The notes under the pieces: generated by a model | What the model saw: only the letters and a program-made list of their open reading frames with translations | Database searches by the model: none | What the model was told of the DNA's origin: nothing | Program-made: the position numbers and the translations under genes | Assembly: GCA_030650395.1 (NCBI GenBank) | Contig: JAUSDY010000076.1 | Span: forward strand, 64,090 to 128,089 | Direction: 5' to 3' | DNA length: 64,000 nucleotides | DNA from: Acidobacteriota bacterium | Lineage (GTDB): Bacteria; Acidobacteriota; Vicinamibacteria; Vicinamibacterales; UBA2999 | Part shown: positions 63,788-64,000 of the stretch, piece by piece | Numbering within the stretch: position 1 is the stretch's first letter | How the letters are laid out: each line of letters opens with the position of its first letter

Positions 63788-64000
63788 TCAGACCGCATTC
63801 GAAGGGACAACTGGCCGAAATTGTCCTGCCTGAAGCTGCTCGACGATGGTCAGGCGTTCCGAGAGCTCTGGGCTCGATAACGCTCCCGTGCGATACAGGT
63901 GCCGAAAGAAGTCGGTTACTGATTGCCCCTGCTTCGAAGTGTTGCATTCGTGGCACGCAGCAACGATATTTCGATAGGAGTTGTCGACACCGTTCATTTG
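63788..64000 (-). CDS. HNH-endonuclease-family protein, C-terminal part (gene runs off the right edge)
   Basis: The sequence NIVAACHECNTSKQG carries the HNH C-H-x-C-N pattern. The frame stays open to position 64000. Confidence 0.5.
   Translation of the reverse strand, partial: QMNGVDNSYRNIVAACHECNTSKQGQSVTDFFRHLYRTGALSSPELSERLTIVEQLQAGQFRPVVPSNAV

Noticed and set aside
63547-64000. Group II intron 3' end (HNH En domain plus domains V/VI)
   Set aside because: The region downstream of the HNH ORF contains no domain-V-like 34-nt hairpin (no AGC triad or GNRA-capped stem). The structure is a simple long inverted repeat instead.

Overview
This is a 64-kb chromosomal segment that looks high in G+C by eye (not computed). 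It encodes three CarboxypepD_reg-type TonB-dependent receptors, three duplicated-FtsX 'ADOP'/MacB-like permeases, PadR, PQQ/YVTN beta-propellers and a BlaI/BlaR1-TonB_C pair, which suggests Acidobacteriota (inference only). The backbone includes a myo-inositol catabolic cluster (iolD-tal-iolE, divergent from iolB-TBDR-ABC ATPase-permease ... SBP-iolG). It also includes LigD (NHEJ) remnants, a quinoprotein dehydrogenase, DUF885, an orphan rsmH, crcB, a siderophore-type receptor, YeeE/YedE, a CPA2 antiporter, a cold-shock gene and tRNA-Sec. A minus-strand operon carries fumarase, iscA, a fur::rubrerythrin fusion, a PHP esterase and a pseudo-ABC ATPase. Two small, visibly AT-richer accessory inserts stand out. 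(i) At 9.9-12.4 kb, an attC-bearing cassette array with no integrase (CALIN-like) splits the ABC-transporter operon. It carries a frameshifted HEARO/T5orf172 nuclease-like gene, a DUF4160/DUF2442-HTH pair and a hicA remnant with intact hicB. (ii) At 30.0-32.9 kb, an islet sits at tRNA-Ala(GGC), bounded by a 17-20-bp direct repeat. It carries a GIY-YIG gene, a 4-bp-overlapping ComF-like PRTase + DprA-like/SLOG pair (my best candidate for a poorly characterised conflict/defence system) and a HigB/HigA-like module. Other notable points are an unusual density of gene lesions, several families of intergenic hairpin repeats (GTAG-headed REP-like elements and 'word-repeat' hairpins), an in-frame hairpin-repeat insertion in the PHP gene, and a 222-bp nested inverted repeat next to a truncated HNH gene at the right edge. 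No CRISPR array, rRNA gene or integrase was seen. All homology calls come from motif recognition by eye, not from searches.
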